A stretch of 64,000 nucleotides of DNA from Candidatus Bathyarchaeota archaeon (GTDB taxonomy: Archaea > Thermoproteota > Bathyarchaeia > Bathyarchaeales > Bathycorpusculaceae). The stretch lies in contig CAWHVC010000005.1 of assembly GCA_963832745.1 (NCBI GenBank), positions 352,001-416,000 on the forward strand, read 5' to 3'. Below, one piece after another: positions 29,089-37,650 of the stretch. The notes under the pieces are model-generated. The model did no database searches. It saw only the letters and a list, made by a program, of their open reading frames with translations, and was not told the origin of the DNA. The stretch's first letter is position 1, and each line of letters starts with the position of its first letter. The position numbers and the translations under genes were made by a program.

Positions 29089-29847
29089 TTGGGTCTACGA
29101 CAAAATAAGAAAGGGCTCGGGGCAATCTTAATCGCCCTAATAGTCATAGTAGTTGTCTTAATCATAGTGGGTGCAGTATTTGCGTTTATCTTCTTTTATT
29201 GGTCAACAGGCGGCAACCAAACAACACGTGAATACTCAAACACTGGCTTCACCACGCTTGATGTAGGCTCTGCTTTTCAAGTAACCATAAAACAGGCAGA
29301 CAATTACAGCGTAACAATAACTGCCGGCGAAAGAGTATTTGACCGAATAGAAGTAACCCAAACAGGTGACACCCTAAAAATCGACGTCCAACCTGGACTT
29401 GCCCTCTTTGGAATTGTTAACGCAAAAGCCGAAATCACCCTGCCCACCCTTGACAATCTGACTCTTTCCGGCGCAACCAAAGGCGCCATGGACGGATTCA
29501 CCAGCGACACCTCGTTTGTAACAAAAATTTCCGGTGCCAGTTCACTTGATACGACAAACACTAATTTGGGCGGCTTGAACGTTGAATTGTCTGGTGCATC
29601 ACGCTTAACTGCGCAGGGAACTGGCGGCGACTTGACTTGTGATGTTTCAGGGGCAAGCAACCTTGACTTAGAGAATTTCCAAGTAAACAACGCTAACGTC
29701 GTTTTAAGCGGCGCAAGCCATGCTGTAGTCAACCCAACTGGAACGCTTAACGTGGATGCGAGCGGCGCTTCTTCACTGCAGTACATGGGAAACCCGATTC
29801 TGGGAACAGTAAACACTTCAGGCGCGTCGTCAGTCAACAAAAAATAA
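29089..29847 (+). CDS. DUF2807/GIN-type beta-solenoid adhesin-like protein
   Basis: Repeated SGAS motifs; N-terminal basic KKG followed by a long hydrophobic helix. Confidence 0.85.
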   Translation: MGLRQNKKGLGAILIALIVIVVVLIIVGAVFAFIFFYWSTGGNQTTREYSNTGFTTLDVGSAFQVTIKQADNYSVTITAGERVFDRIEVTQTGDTLKIDVQPGLALFGIVNAKAEITLPTLDNLTLSGATKGAMDGFTSDTSFVTKISGASSLDTTNTNLGGLNVELSGASRLTAQGTGGDLTCDVSGASNLDLENFQVNNANVVLSGASHAVVNPTGTLNVDASGASSLQYMGNPILGTVNTSGASSVNKK

Positions 29848-29934
29848 CAAGCAGTTTACGTCCAAGCCACTCAAAAACCTGCTGACATGTGTTGACTAAA
29901 AAACCTTTTTTTAGTTTGTTTCTTTTTGGTCCAT

Positions 29935-30057
29935 TTACGGGTCGCTTGTTAGTACTATTTTTCCTTTTCTTATGGAACAGTCTTGATAGAGTGCGCAGTC
30001 TTCGCAGGAAATCATGTCAGTTTTGTTTTGGCAGTCTATAACGATGGTTTTATACAC
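29935..30057 (-). CDS. Cys-rich microprotein (40 aa)
   Basis: Hand translation MYKTIVIDCQNKTDMISCEDCALYQDCSIRKGKIVLTSDP; AAGGTG upstream of GTG. Confidence 0.5.
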   Translation of the reverse strand: MYKTIVIDCQNKTDMISCEDCALYQDCSIRKGKIVLTSDP

Positions 30058-30084
30058 TTTTTGTTTGCACCTTGAATGATTTTG

Positions 30085-30216
30085 TTATTGTGGACAAGAA
30101 ATTGTTAAGCATTTGGCAACAGCATCGGGCATGTTTGGTTTTGCTGTTGCCTTGTTCTTTTGTGCAGGGTTTCTTGGGGTTTTTTCGTTATAAATTTGGA
30201 TGAATAGGTTGCACAT
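30085..30216 (-). CDS. hypothetical microprotein (43 aa)
   Basis: GGAGG 8 nt upstream of ATG; MCNLFIQIYNEK...KCLTISCPQ. Confidence 0.35.
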   Translation of the reverse strand: MCNLFIQIYNEKTPRNPAQKNKATAKPNMPDAVAKCLTISCPQ

Positions 30217-30534
30217 TATTTGTTCCTCCAAGTTTAGGAGAGCACGGCGGTTTTTAGAAATACCTAATATATACTATATAAAAAACGTAACTTCAACGCA
30301 AATAGTTCTCATTTTTTTAAATATTTTGTTTAGTTGCCTATTTGGATCTCCTAATAGAGGTTATATGTTGAAACCTATAGGTGGTAGGTCAAAACGAGTC
30401 TATTTAGAGCCCAACAGCCAAACTGTGCAGAAAGATGTAGAGGGCGCCAGTTTTGATAACAGCACTCGGGGGCGTTCATGCCTGTTGTTGTGTTGGCTGC
30501 GTGTAAGCTTAAATATTGAGACATAATAAATGAT

Positions 30535-30634
30535 TGTTTGGGTGAGGAGTGCCTGTGAGACATGCCTTCACTCTCAACATTGGAGAAAGTGCTGAGAAGG
30601 GGCATTGTTTAGTAGGAATAGTCTCACCCACAAC
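30535..30634 (+). ncRNA. candidate ~100-nt hairpin RNA or structured leader
   Basis: TGGGTGAG/CTCACCCA closing stem, TGCCTT/GGGGCA and TCTCA/TGAGA inner stems; TTAAATA box at about 30509. Confidence 0.45.
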
Positions 30635-30717
30635 TTCCAAAATGTAAAAACCTAAGGAGGCAGGTCCTAATGGTTAAAAAACACGACAGTAGTATGTTGA
30701 AAAACAGTGCTAATTTC

Positions 30718-31431
30718 TTAAAGCACACCCAAAACCATTGCAGCCGCCATAACAATCAAAATAGCGCCACTGATTTTGGGGATGTACTTTTCATAGCGGT
30801 CAATTCTTGTTTTGACGCATTCATACATTTTTATTCCCAACACTGTGACACCAATCAACGCTGTAGCCACAGCCAACCCATAAGATGACATCAACAAGAG
30901 CGGGCTAACACCGCCAACAGCCAACGCCAACAACGCAAACTCTTCCTCATGAGCAAAACCCAAAACAAAAGCGCAACTCGCAAGCTTTCGAAGACTCATG
31001 TTTAACCGTTTAGGATGCGCATGTTCATGCTCGTGGACGCTGCCTTCACCTTCTGGGTGCTCGTGCTGGTGGGTATGGGATAAGTCGCAGGCGTTATCGT
31101 GAAAATGTCCATGCTGCTCATCGAGACCAGAGTGAACTTTTTCAGTAAACATCCTTATTCCCAAAATAACCAAAACAACAGCTGCAATGTAGGTTAGGAT
31201 TGGGCTGGAAACATCAAAGAATAGGCTAACCACCAGGTAGATGATGACTACAGCGATGGATGATATGAAGTGGGCTGCTGCAAGGATGCCGGAGCTGACA
31301 AAAGCGTAAAAGGTTGGTCGCGTAGTTTTTGCCGAATAAAGAAGCGCCAGAGGCCAACCGTGCCCCGGCTCAAGTCCGTGTAGCAAACCGATAACAATTA
31401 CACCGATAATTGAGGCATCAACGACACCCAT
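30718..31431 (-). CDS. His-rich nickel/cobalt transporter (NicO/RcnA-like)
   Basis: GLLHGLEPGHGWP, HFISS, His-rich loop HTHQHEH..HEHEHAH, LGFAHEEEF. Confidence 0.88.
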   Translation of the reverse strand: MGVVDASIIGVIVIGLLHGLEPGHGWPLALLYSAKTTRPTFYAFVSSGILAAAHFISSIAVVIIYLVVSLFFDVSSPILTYIAAVVLVILGIRMFTEKVHSGLDEQHGHFHDNACDLSHTHQHEHPEGEGSVHEHEHAHPKRLNMSLRKLASCAFVLGFAHEEEFALLALAVGGVSPLLLMSSYGLAVATALIGVTVLGIKMYECVKTRIDRYEKYIPKISGAILIVMAAAMVLGVL

Positions 31432-31441
31432 TGCTTAGCGC

Positions 31442-32302
31442 CTACTTTATTTTTCCAGCCTTAGCTTCTTCTACAAGGCGCAAGATTTCTTTTCTTGCCT
31501 CACTAATCGTTAATGGGAAATCGTCAGGTATTGGCAAACCATTTTCTTTCTTTAACACTTCGAAAAGGTGGGTCATTCTTGGAGAACGCAGGTAGACATC
31601 GCGTATGAGTTCTGTATTTGAGAAAAGCTCTTTGGGTTTGCCTTCAGACATCAGTTTTCCTTTTTTGAGTATGAACAGTTTGTTTGCAAACAGTGGCACC
31701 ATGTCCACGTCATGGGTTGCAAGTAACAAAGTGATGTTCTTTTCCTTGTTAAGCTGCAAGAGCAAATGCAATATTTCACTTGTTGCCCTCGGATCAAGGT
31801 TTGAGGTTGGCTCATCCATTATAATTACTTCAGGTTGCATAGCCAAAACGCCTGCAAGTGCAACACGCTTCTTCTGCCCTAAACTCAAAAAATGAGGCGG
31901 CTTTTCAGCACACTCGGTCATACCAACAGTTTGCAATGCGTCTTCCACAATTTTTTTAACTTGTTCTTGGGGGATACCAAGGTTTAACGGTCCAAAGGCC
32001 ACATCTTGTTTTACGGTAGGAGCAAACAGTTGATCGTTAGGGTCTTGGAAAACAAAGCCTACACGGCGTCTAAGTTCAAGCAACGCTTTAGAGTCATAGC
32101 CTAAGGGTTTGTCTTCATAGTAAATGGTGCCTGAAGACGGCTTTAGTATGCCGTTAAGGTGGTTAAGAAGGGTTGTCTTGCCTGAACCGTTAGTGCCAAG
32201 TAGGGCAATGCGGTCGCCATGGTCAAAACTTAAAGAAACATCATCAAGCGCGATTGTTCCATCTGAATATTGATGTACCAAATGATCAATTCTAAACAAC
32301 AT
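31442..32302 (-). CDS. cbiO: cobalt ECF transporter ATPase
   Basis: GTNGSGKT, FQDPNDQLFAPTV, LSLGQKKRV, MDEPT. Confidence 0.95.
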   Translation of the reverse strand: MLFRIDHLVHQYSDGTIALDDVSLSFDHGDRIALLGTNGSGKTTLLNHLNGILKPSSGTIYYEDKPLGYDSKALLELRRRVGFVFQDPNDQLFAPTVKQDVAFGPLNLGIPQEQVKKIVEDALQTVGMTECAEKPPHFLSLGQKKRVALAGVLAMQPEVIIMDEPTSNLDPRATSEILHLLLQLNKEKNITLLLATHDVDMVPLFANKLFILKKGKLMSEGKPKELFSNTELIRDVYLRSPRMTHLFEVLKKENGLPIPDDFPLTISEARKEILRLVEEAKAGKIK

Positions 32303-33104
32303 ATTGCAAGACTCCAAAGTTTAACGTCAAATAAACAGCAAAAGCAAGCAACACATCAAAACAAACTATGGCGACAAGCATGATTTTGTTTGGTTTAGGA
32401 AATTCTTCCAAAACCCGTATAGTTCCGTCGTAGCCTCTTGAACTCATTGCAGTGAAAGTACGTTCTGCCTGCTCCAACGCCCGTATGAAAAGGTTACCGG
32501 CAAGCAAAGCTAAGCCGCGAATTTTTTTCATCCAGCCGCCTTTGCCTAAACGCATTGTTTGAGCTATCGTCATTTGCTCAGCAACCTCTAAAAAGACAAA
32601 AATGTAACGGTAAATTAGCGTTGATATTTCCACAAGCGTTTTTGGCACATGTGCACGTCTAAGCAGAAGGCTAAGGTCAGTAATTGATGTTGTTAATACC
32701 AGCAAAAATGTGCAGGAAAGTGCGCCTTCAACTCTGAAAAAGATAGTGGTCGCTAATTCTACGCTGCTTCTAAAAATTGTCCAAGTAAATCCGAGGAAGG
32801 ACAGTTGAGTTAAAGCTTCACCGCTGCTAAAAGGATACAATGCAATAATAAGGCAGCTTAAAGCAACCATAAAAGTTGGGTAACGAAGAAGATTAACATA
32901 AAAACGGGCTTTAACACCAGCCAACCCCAACACTAAAGCGGACATTATCACAAAAACAATTATTGGCACAAGGATTGATTGCGCAGAAACCGTAATAACT
33001 AAAGTAGAAAGGGCAAAAAAAGCCTTAGTTACTGGACTGCATTTAGACAGGTTGTTTGTGTAAGCATACCTGTCGATTTGCGCATAGTAATCGCTGTGAG
33101 CCAT
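32292..33104 (-). CDS. cbiQ: cobalt ECF transporter T component
   Basis: LIYRYIFVF, LFIRALEQAER..AMSSRGYDG. Confidence 0.93.
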   Translation of the reverse strand: MAHSDYYAQIDRYAYTNNLSKCSPVTKAFFALSTLVITVSAQSILVPIIVFVIMSALVLGLAGVKARFYVNLLRYPTFMVALSCLIIALYPFSSGEALTQLSFLGFTWTIFRSSVELATTIFFRVEGALSCTFLLVLTTSITDLSLLLRRAHVPKTLVEISTLIYRYIFVFLEVAEQMTIAQTMRLGKGGWMKKIRGLALLAGNLFIRALEQAERTFTAMSSRGYDGTIRVLEEFPKPNKIMLVAIVCFDVLLAFAVYLTLNFGVLQYVV

Positions 33105-33129
33105 ACAGTTTTTCGTCCGAGGTATAAGG

Positions 33130-33420
33130 CTACGTTGGAGCCTTTATTTCTTTTTTCGCTCTTTTTCCGCGTTCATACCCGACAAAGTACCCAATTACTA
33201 TTGCGCCTAACGCTGCCTGTAAGGCAAACAAGAGGCTTTCTATTTCACCGCTGGGTGGCTCCCAAATTGGGGTAAACCAGGGTTGATATCCTGTGTCGGA
33301 GATAGCTTGTTCAGCGCCTCCGTCTGCGCCGCCGAATTCTGCGTTTGGCAAAAGAATCAATGGGGCTACAAAGAGTCCAATCATAATGGCTATTAAGATT
33401 ATGTAGTGTTTACTGTTCAT
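33130..33420 (-). CDS. cbiN: cobalt transport protein CbiN
   Basis: FGGADG, YQPWFTPIWEPPSGEIESLLFALQAALGA. Confidence 0.96.
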   Translation of the reverse strand: MNSKHYIILIAIMIGLFVAPLILLPNAEFGGADGGAEQAISDTGYQPWFTPIWEPPSGEIESLLFALQAALGAIVIGYFVGYERGKRAKKEIKAPT

Positions 33421-34112
33421 TGCTGTTTTGCCTCCGCGGTTTTCTCCATTTTAGGTAGTTTTATCACTTTTAATGCAGCTAAGAGTTGTCCTTTGTATTT
33501 TGCCAGGAAATCAAAGAGTATCACTGCAAGTATGCCTTCGCCGATTGCTAAGGGGATTTGGGTTACTGCAAAGATTCCGCCGAACAGTAAAAAGCCATCC
33601 ATGAATCCGTTGCCGATTGGGATTGCTAATGCGAGTTGGATTGAGGTTACAACGTAAGTGAATAAGTCTCCGAGTGCTGCTGCAAGAAATATTCCGATTG
33701 CAGGTTTAACATGGGCTTTCTGGCAAATTTTCCATATTGCGTAAGCTAGGAATGGTCCGGCGATACCCATAGAGAATAGGTTTGCGCCCAAGGTTGTTAA
33801 GCCGCCGTGGGCTAGAAGTAAGGCTTGGAATACAAGCACTATCATTGAGAGCACGGAGGTTATTCCGGGTCCAATGATTACTGCGGATAGGCCTGTGCCG
33901 GTGGGGTGTGAACAGCTACCGGTTACGGAGGGGAGTTTTAGTGCTGAGAGTACAAATATGAATGCACCCATTAGGGCAAGGAGGGGTTTTGATTCTGGAA
34001 CGTTTTTAGTCACTTTAATTAATCGATAAACGCCATATGCTACTATTGGTATTGAGATTGCGAACCATATTTCCCACCATGGACTTGGCAGGAAGCCTTC
34101 CATTATGTGCAT
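33417..34112 (-). CDS. cbiM: cobalt ECF substrate-binding component
   Basis: MHIMEGFL N-terminus (ATG 34112), LKLPSVTGSCSHPTG, QALLLAHGGLTTLGAN. Confidence 0.97.
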   Translation of the reverse strand: MHIMEGFLPSPWWEIWFAISIPIVAYGVYRLIKVTKNVPESKPLLALMGAFIFVLSALKLPSVTGSCSHPTGTGLSAVIIGPGITSVLSMIVLVFQALLLAHGGLTTLGANLFSMGIAGPFLAYAIWKICQKAHVKPAIGIFLAAALGDLFTYVVTSIQLALAIPIGNGFMDGFLLFGGIFAVTQIPLAIGEGILAVILFDFLAKYKGQLLAALKVIKLPKMEKTAEAKQQ

Positions 34113-34170
34113 GTGTTTTTTGGGTCTCCTTTGCGTATTTATTCCAGCCAATAAGCATATAAACGTTCAT

Positions 34171-34195
34171 TTAACATAAGTTAACCTAAGGTTGA
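34171..34195. promoter_or_regulatory. candidate operator between cbiM and the divergent regulator
   Basis: TTAACATAAG TTAACCTAAG GTTGA: 10-bp tandem repeat forming two overlapping palindromes. Confidence 0.5.
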
Positions 34196-34204
34196 ATAGG
34201 AAAA

Positions 34205-35038
34205 ATGCATAAACAACCGCGAGACATTCTGCTACGCGACAAAGGAGAATTTACTAAATTCCAGATTTTACTGGAAGTAATGAGAAACCAACCTCACGTT
34301 AAACAAAAAGACATCAGCGACTCACTTGGCATAACAATTCAGGCGATATCTAAATATTTTAAAAAGTTAACCAAAGAAGGCCTGCTTGAAGCCGGATCCG
34401 AACGTGCCGATTACCGTTTAACCCCAAAAGGCATCACCAAACTGCGTGAAGACCTAAAAAACCTTGACTTGTACGTGAAATCCATCAAAAATGAGCTTAA
34501 AATTGACCACGCTTGGATAGCCATGGCAACCATGCCAGTGAAAATTGGTGAACAGGTGGGGCTAATCACTAAAGGCGGCATCTTTTACACGGTACCAGTT
34601 AAAGACCCCCAAGTTGAAGCTGTCGGAGTAGCGGCAAACGACGCGGTTCCCGGCGAAGACATCGGTTTAAAAGACTTAAAAGGCAAAGTAAAACTAAAAC
34701 AAGGCAAAATCTTAATCATTAAACTGCCAAGCATCCGCAAAGGCGGCTCAAGAACTGCTGACTTACCAAAAATCAAGGGGTACATTGACGAGTTTAAGCC
34801 TGACCGCATCGGAGTTATGGGCGCTGTTGGCAGGGCAGTTGTGAATAAGTTGGGGCTTAAAGCAGATTTGGAATTTGGAATCAGTCACTCTGCCGCAGTT
34901 GCTGCCTCACGTGGCTTAAACGTGTTGGTGCTTGTCGTGGGCAGGATGGTTAACAAGATGATTCAAGAAATCGATTCGCAAAACATGCGGTTTGTCGGCG
35001 ACATCATCTACGAAGTTAAAGACGCCCAAATGAGTTAA
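34205..35038 (+). CDS. winged-HTH (MarR-like) transcriptional regulator with C-terminal effector domain
   Basis: TKFQIL, QKDISDSLGITIQAISKYFKKL, YRLTPKG. Confidence 0.85.
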   Translation: MHKQPRDILLRDKGEFTKFQILLEVMRNQPHVKQKDISDSLGITIQAISKYFKKLTKEGLLEAGSERADYRLTPKGITKLREDLKNLDLYVKSIKNELKIDHAWIAMATMPVKIGEQVGLITKGGIFYTVPVKDPQVEAVGVAANDAVPGEDIGLKDLKGKVKLKQGKILIIKLPSIRKGGSRTADLPKIKGYIDEFKPDRIGVMGAVGRAVVNKLGLKADLEFGISHSAAVAASRGLNVLVLVVGRMVNKMIQEIDSQNMRFVGDIIYEVKDAQMS

Positions 35039-35102
35039 CGGTTAGTTTTTTAAGCTCTAACCATCAAATCTTTTTAGAAAAACGCAGAAGGTAAGTGCCG
35101 TT

Positions 35103-35933
35103 ATGAGTATTGAGTTAACTGAAGCTAACATCCTTGCAGGCCAAATGAATGAGGAAATAGTGGGCAAAACAATCGCAAGCTACCAAGTGCAGAATCCAGG
35201 ACAGCTTCAACAAAAAGGCTTCATAAGCAAAAACCCCGAACTTGAACAGCTTGTCGGCAAAAAAGTCCTCTCCGTAAAATCAAGAGGCAACACAATTTTA
35301 GTTAAGCTTAGCGATGGGTGGAATCTGGTTTTGGCGCCTGAATACGGCGGCATCATCCAACTGCACAAGCTGCAAGCGGAGTTGCCCAAGTTTCATTTAA
35401 AACTTGACCTCCAAGACTCCGTCTTAACAGTGACTTTGACGGGCATGGGCTGCATCCAAGCTGTCCAAGACGCTTTTCTGCAAAACAATTACCTGTACAG
35501 GCGCGACTTCAGCGACATTCTTAATCCACTTGAAGCTGATTTTACGTACGAACGGTTTAAAGAGAAACTGGATAGCAGAAAACAGAACATTAAAGCCGCT
35601 TTAGTGGGCAAAACGGCAGTTATCGTTGGGGTTTCGAACAGCGCTTTCCAAGACATCATTTACCGCGCCAAAATCAGCCCCAAACGCAACACTGGCACAC
35701 TCACTGGCGAAGAAAAAAAGGCGCTTTACAACGCGATTGTTGAAATGGTTATTGACAGGTTGGAAGCTGAGGGAAAAGACCAGTTCACTGATTTGCATGG
35801 CAAACCTGGATTGTACAAACCAAAAATGGGCTCCAACCAGAGAGACCAAACCTGCCCAACCTGCGGAACCAAAATCGAGAAAATCAGTCATGGCGGGGGA
35901 CAAGTCTACGTTTGTCCAACCTGCCAAAAATAA
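35103..35933 (+). CDS. Fpg/Nei-family DNA glycosylase-like protein
   Basis: IELTEA N-terminus, IKAAL..IVGVSN..QDIIYRAKISP (H2TH), C-terminal CPTCG..YVCPTCQ zinc finger. Confidence 0.85.
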   Translation: MSIELTEANILAGQMNEEIVGKTIASYQVQNPGQLQQKGFISKNPELEQLVGKKVLSVKSRGNTILVKLSDGWNLVLAPEYGGIIQLHKLQAELPKFHLKLDLQDSVLTVTLTGMGCIQAVQDAFLQNNYLYRRDFSDILNPLEADFTYERFKEKLDSRKQNIKAALVGKTAVIVGVSNSAFQDIIYRAKISPKRNTGTLTGEEKKALYNAIVEMVIDRLEAEGKDQFTDLHGKPGLYKPKMGSNQRDQTCPTCGTKIEKISHGGGQVYVCPTCQK

Positions 35934-36119
35934 GCTAAACTTCAACATGTTTATGGGCTGAAAAAACGCCATTAACACCTAACACCCCCCATTAGCGATT
36001 TTTAGACCTGCATCAAAGTCACAGAGAAATAATGTAGGCTTATGGGAAAAAGAAAGGTTTGCTTAGTTGAGCTAACTAAAATTTATATGGATTTATGGCT
36101 TTGTTGTTTGTGATATCCT

Positions 36120-36707
36120 TTGGATTTCCTTAAAAAGCTTAGCAGCCATTTAACCGCACCTAAAGCAGACGCCAATTTACAGTTGTCTGAACAGTTCGTT
36201 GTGGTTGGTGATTGTTTGGAAGGAACCTTAGCGGTTTTGCCTCATGAAACAATTGACATTGATGAGGTACGATGTGAACTAAACTGTACGGAAACTGCTC
36301 AAGTAATAAGAAACATTTATGACCCCACTATCAAACGGATGGTTGCAAGTCAAGTAACTGAAAACAGAACACTTTACCAGACACACTGCGTCTGTAACCC
36401 TGCAACACAACTAATCAACGGCGTAAACAGAGATTTTAAAGTAAACGTAAACATTCCAGTAGGTTCTCGCCCTACGTTTAATTCAATTAATGATTCGGTC
36501 GTGTGGGAAATCAAAGGTGTTGTTGCGGTTCATGGCAGACCGGACTTGACTACAAGGACGCTCCAGCTTCAAGTTATTCCTGAAAATCAACGACCAACAA
36601 GCCAGACACCCAAAATTAGGCTGGTTAACTGTGAGTACTGCCAAACTGCCATGCCAGAGACAATTTTGGCTTGTCCAAATTGTGGAGCAAGAAGAAAAGC
36701 AGTATAA
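36120..36707 (+). CDS. arrestin/SpoOM-like beta-sandwich protein with C-terminal zinc ribbon
   Basis: GDCLEGTL, EVRCELNCTE, VNIP...PTF, VVWEIKGVVAVHGRPDL, CEYC..CPNCG. Confidence 0.65.
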   Translation: MDFLKKLSSHLTAPKADANLQLSEQFVVVGDCLEGTLAVLPHETIDIDEVRCELNCTETAQVIRNIYDPTIKRMVASQVTENRTLYQTHCVCNPATQLINGVNRDFKVNVNIPVGSRPTFNSINDSVVWEIKGVVAVHGRPDLTTRTLQLQVIPENQRPTSQTPKIRLVNCEYCQTAMPETILACPNCGARRKAV

Positions 36708-36983
36708 AAGCCAAAAAAAGTTAGGTTACAAGGCCTAAGTTTGCCTTATTGGCGGTACCGATTCCTTTTCTTTGGAATGTTACGGCGTCTTTTTCCAGGC
36801 GGATTGTTGGTTGTAATAGGATAGTTGGAATGTCTCCGCTCTTTCTATTTTTACTTATATACTCATTTCTCTACAACAGGCACCGAAATGGCTATCAAGC
36901 GAAACATATTTTAAATTTTTTGTTTAATGTGAATTAAGTGATAACAAGTAAACGCTGTTATGTAAGTAAAACGGGGTGATAAA

Positions 36984-37091
36984 TTGCCAGTACCTAAAGT
37001 GAAACGGGGTAAATGGGAAAAAGAAAGAGAAAGAAATGAAGATGGAAGTTGGAGAAAGAAACGTTCTGATGCTGGAAAAAGTCGAGATTAA
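36984..37091 (+). CDS. basic microprotein (35 aa) with RKKRSDAG motif
   Basis: Hand translation MPVPKVKRGKWEKERERNEDGSWRKKRSDAGKSRD; GGGGTGAT upstream of TTG. Confidence 0.7.
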   Translation: MPVPKVKRGKWEKERERNEDGSWRKKRSDAGKSRD

Positions 37092-37223
37092 GAAACTGGG
37101 ATATTAAACACCAAGAAAGTATCTAAAGTGTGCTTAATTGGCGCCACCATAACTAACCAGCAGGAATTCTGTTACGCCCACTATTTTTAAGACTTTGAAG
37201 TTGCTACAGGGCATAACCCATTG

Positions 37224-37346
37224 TTATAGTGGTACTTCTGCCAGTGAGTAAATGCTTTTGTGCGCTTTTAGCCTGTGCTCTCTTAAAATGTTTGGGTTAG
37301 CTAGAATTTTCTTACAAATTGGACATGTCAAAGTGTTGTTATCCAT
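37224..37346 (-). CDS. single C2H2 zinc-finger microprotein (40 aa)
   Basis: Hand translation MDNNTLTCPICKKILANPNILREHRLKAHKSIYSLAEVPL gives C-x2-C-x12-H-x4-H; AGTGAT upstream. Confidence 0.72.
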   Translation of the reverse strand: MDNNTLTCPICKKILANPNILREHRLKAHKSIYSLAEVPL

Positions 37347-37650
37347 AAAAAATCACTTTATGAAACAATCGTTTATACTTTAAACAAGGATACAGAAACA
37401 AGTTATAGAGCTTTGTTGGTTGCACATGGTGACAACATTTGCTTTTATTTCAAAATTTGCATATATTTGAGTGTGGAAATCTGGGCGAGGTTTTAGGCGA
37501 CCTATCTGCTAACAAGAACTGGGAGGCGTACCCCATTGTTTTTTTGCCTGCCCTATCTATGTTAGAGCACGGGTAGAAACGCTTATACATATTTTTGAAA
37601 AGAACAAAACTTGAGCATATACAAAGTTAAGACGGCTAAGCATTAAACCA

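Noticed and set aside
30230-30717. Cobalamin riboswitch near the cobalt transporter genes
   Set aside because: No B12-box or GCCACTG/GGGAAG core on either strand, and the region is downstream of the operon
30200-30888. ORF-track proteins 30200-30526, 30375-30605 and 30670-30888
   Set aside because: No recognisable motifs, and they overlap structured non-coding DNA or the permease antisense; the last is kept only as context for the hairpin finding
36721-36937. Short ORFs between the arrestin-like gene and the basic microprotein
   Set aside because: No convincing start/SD combination or motif
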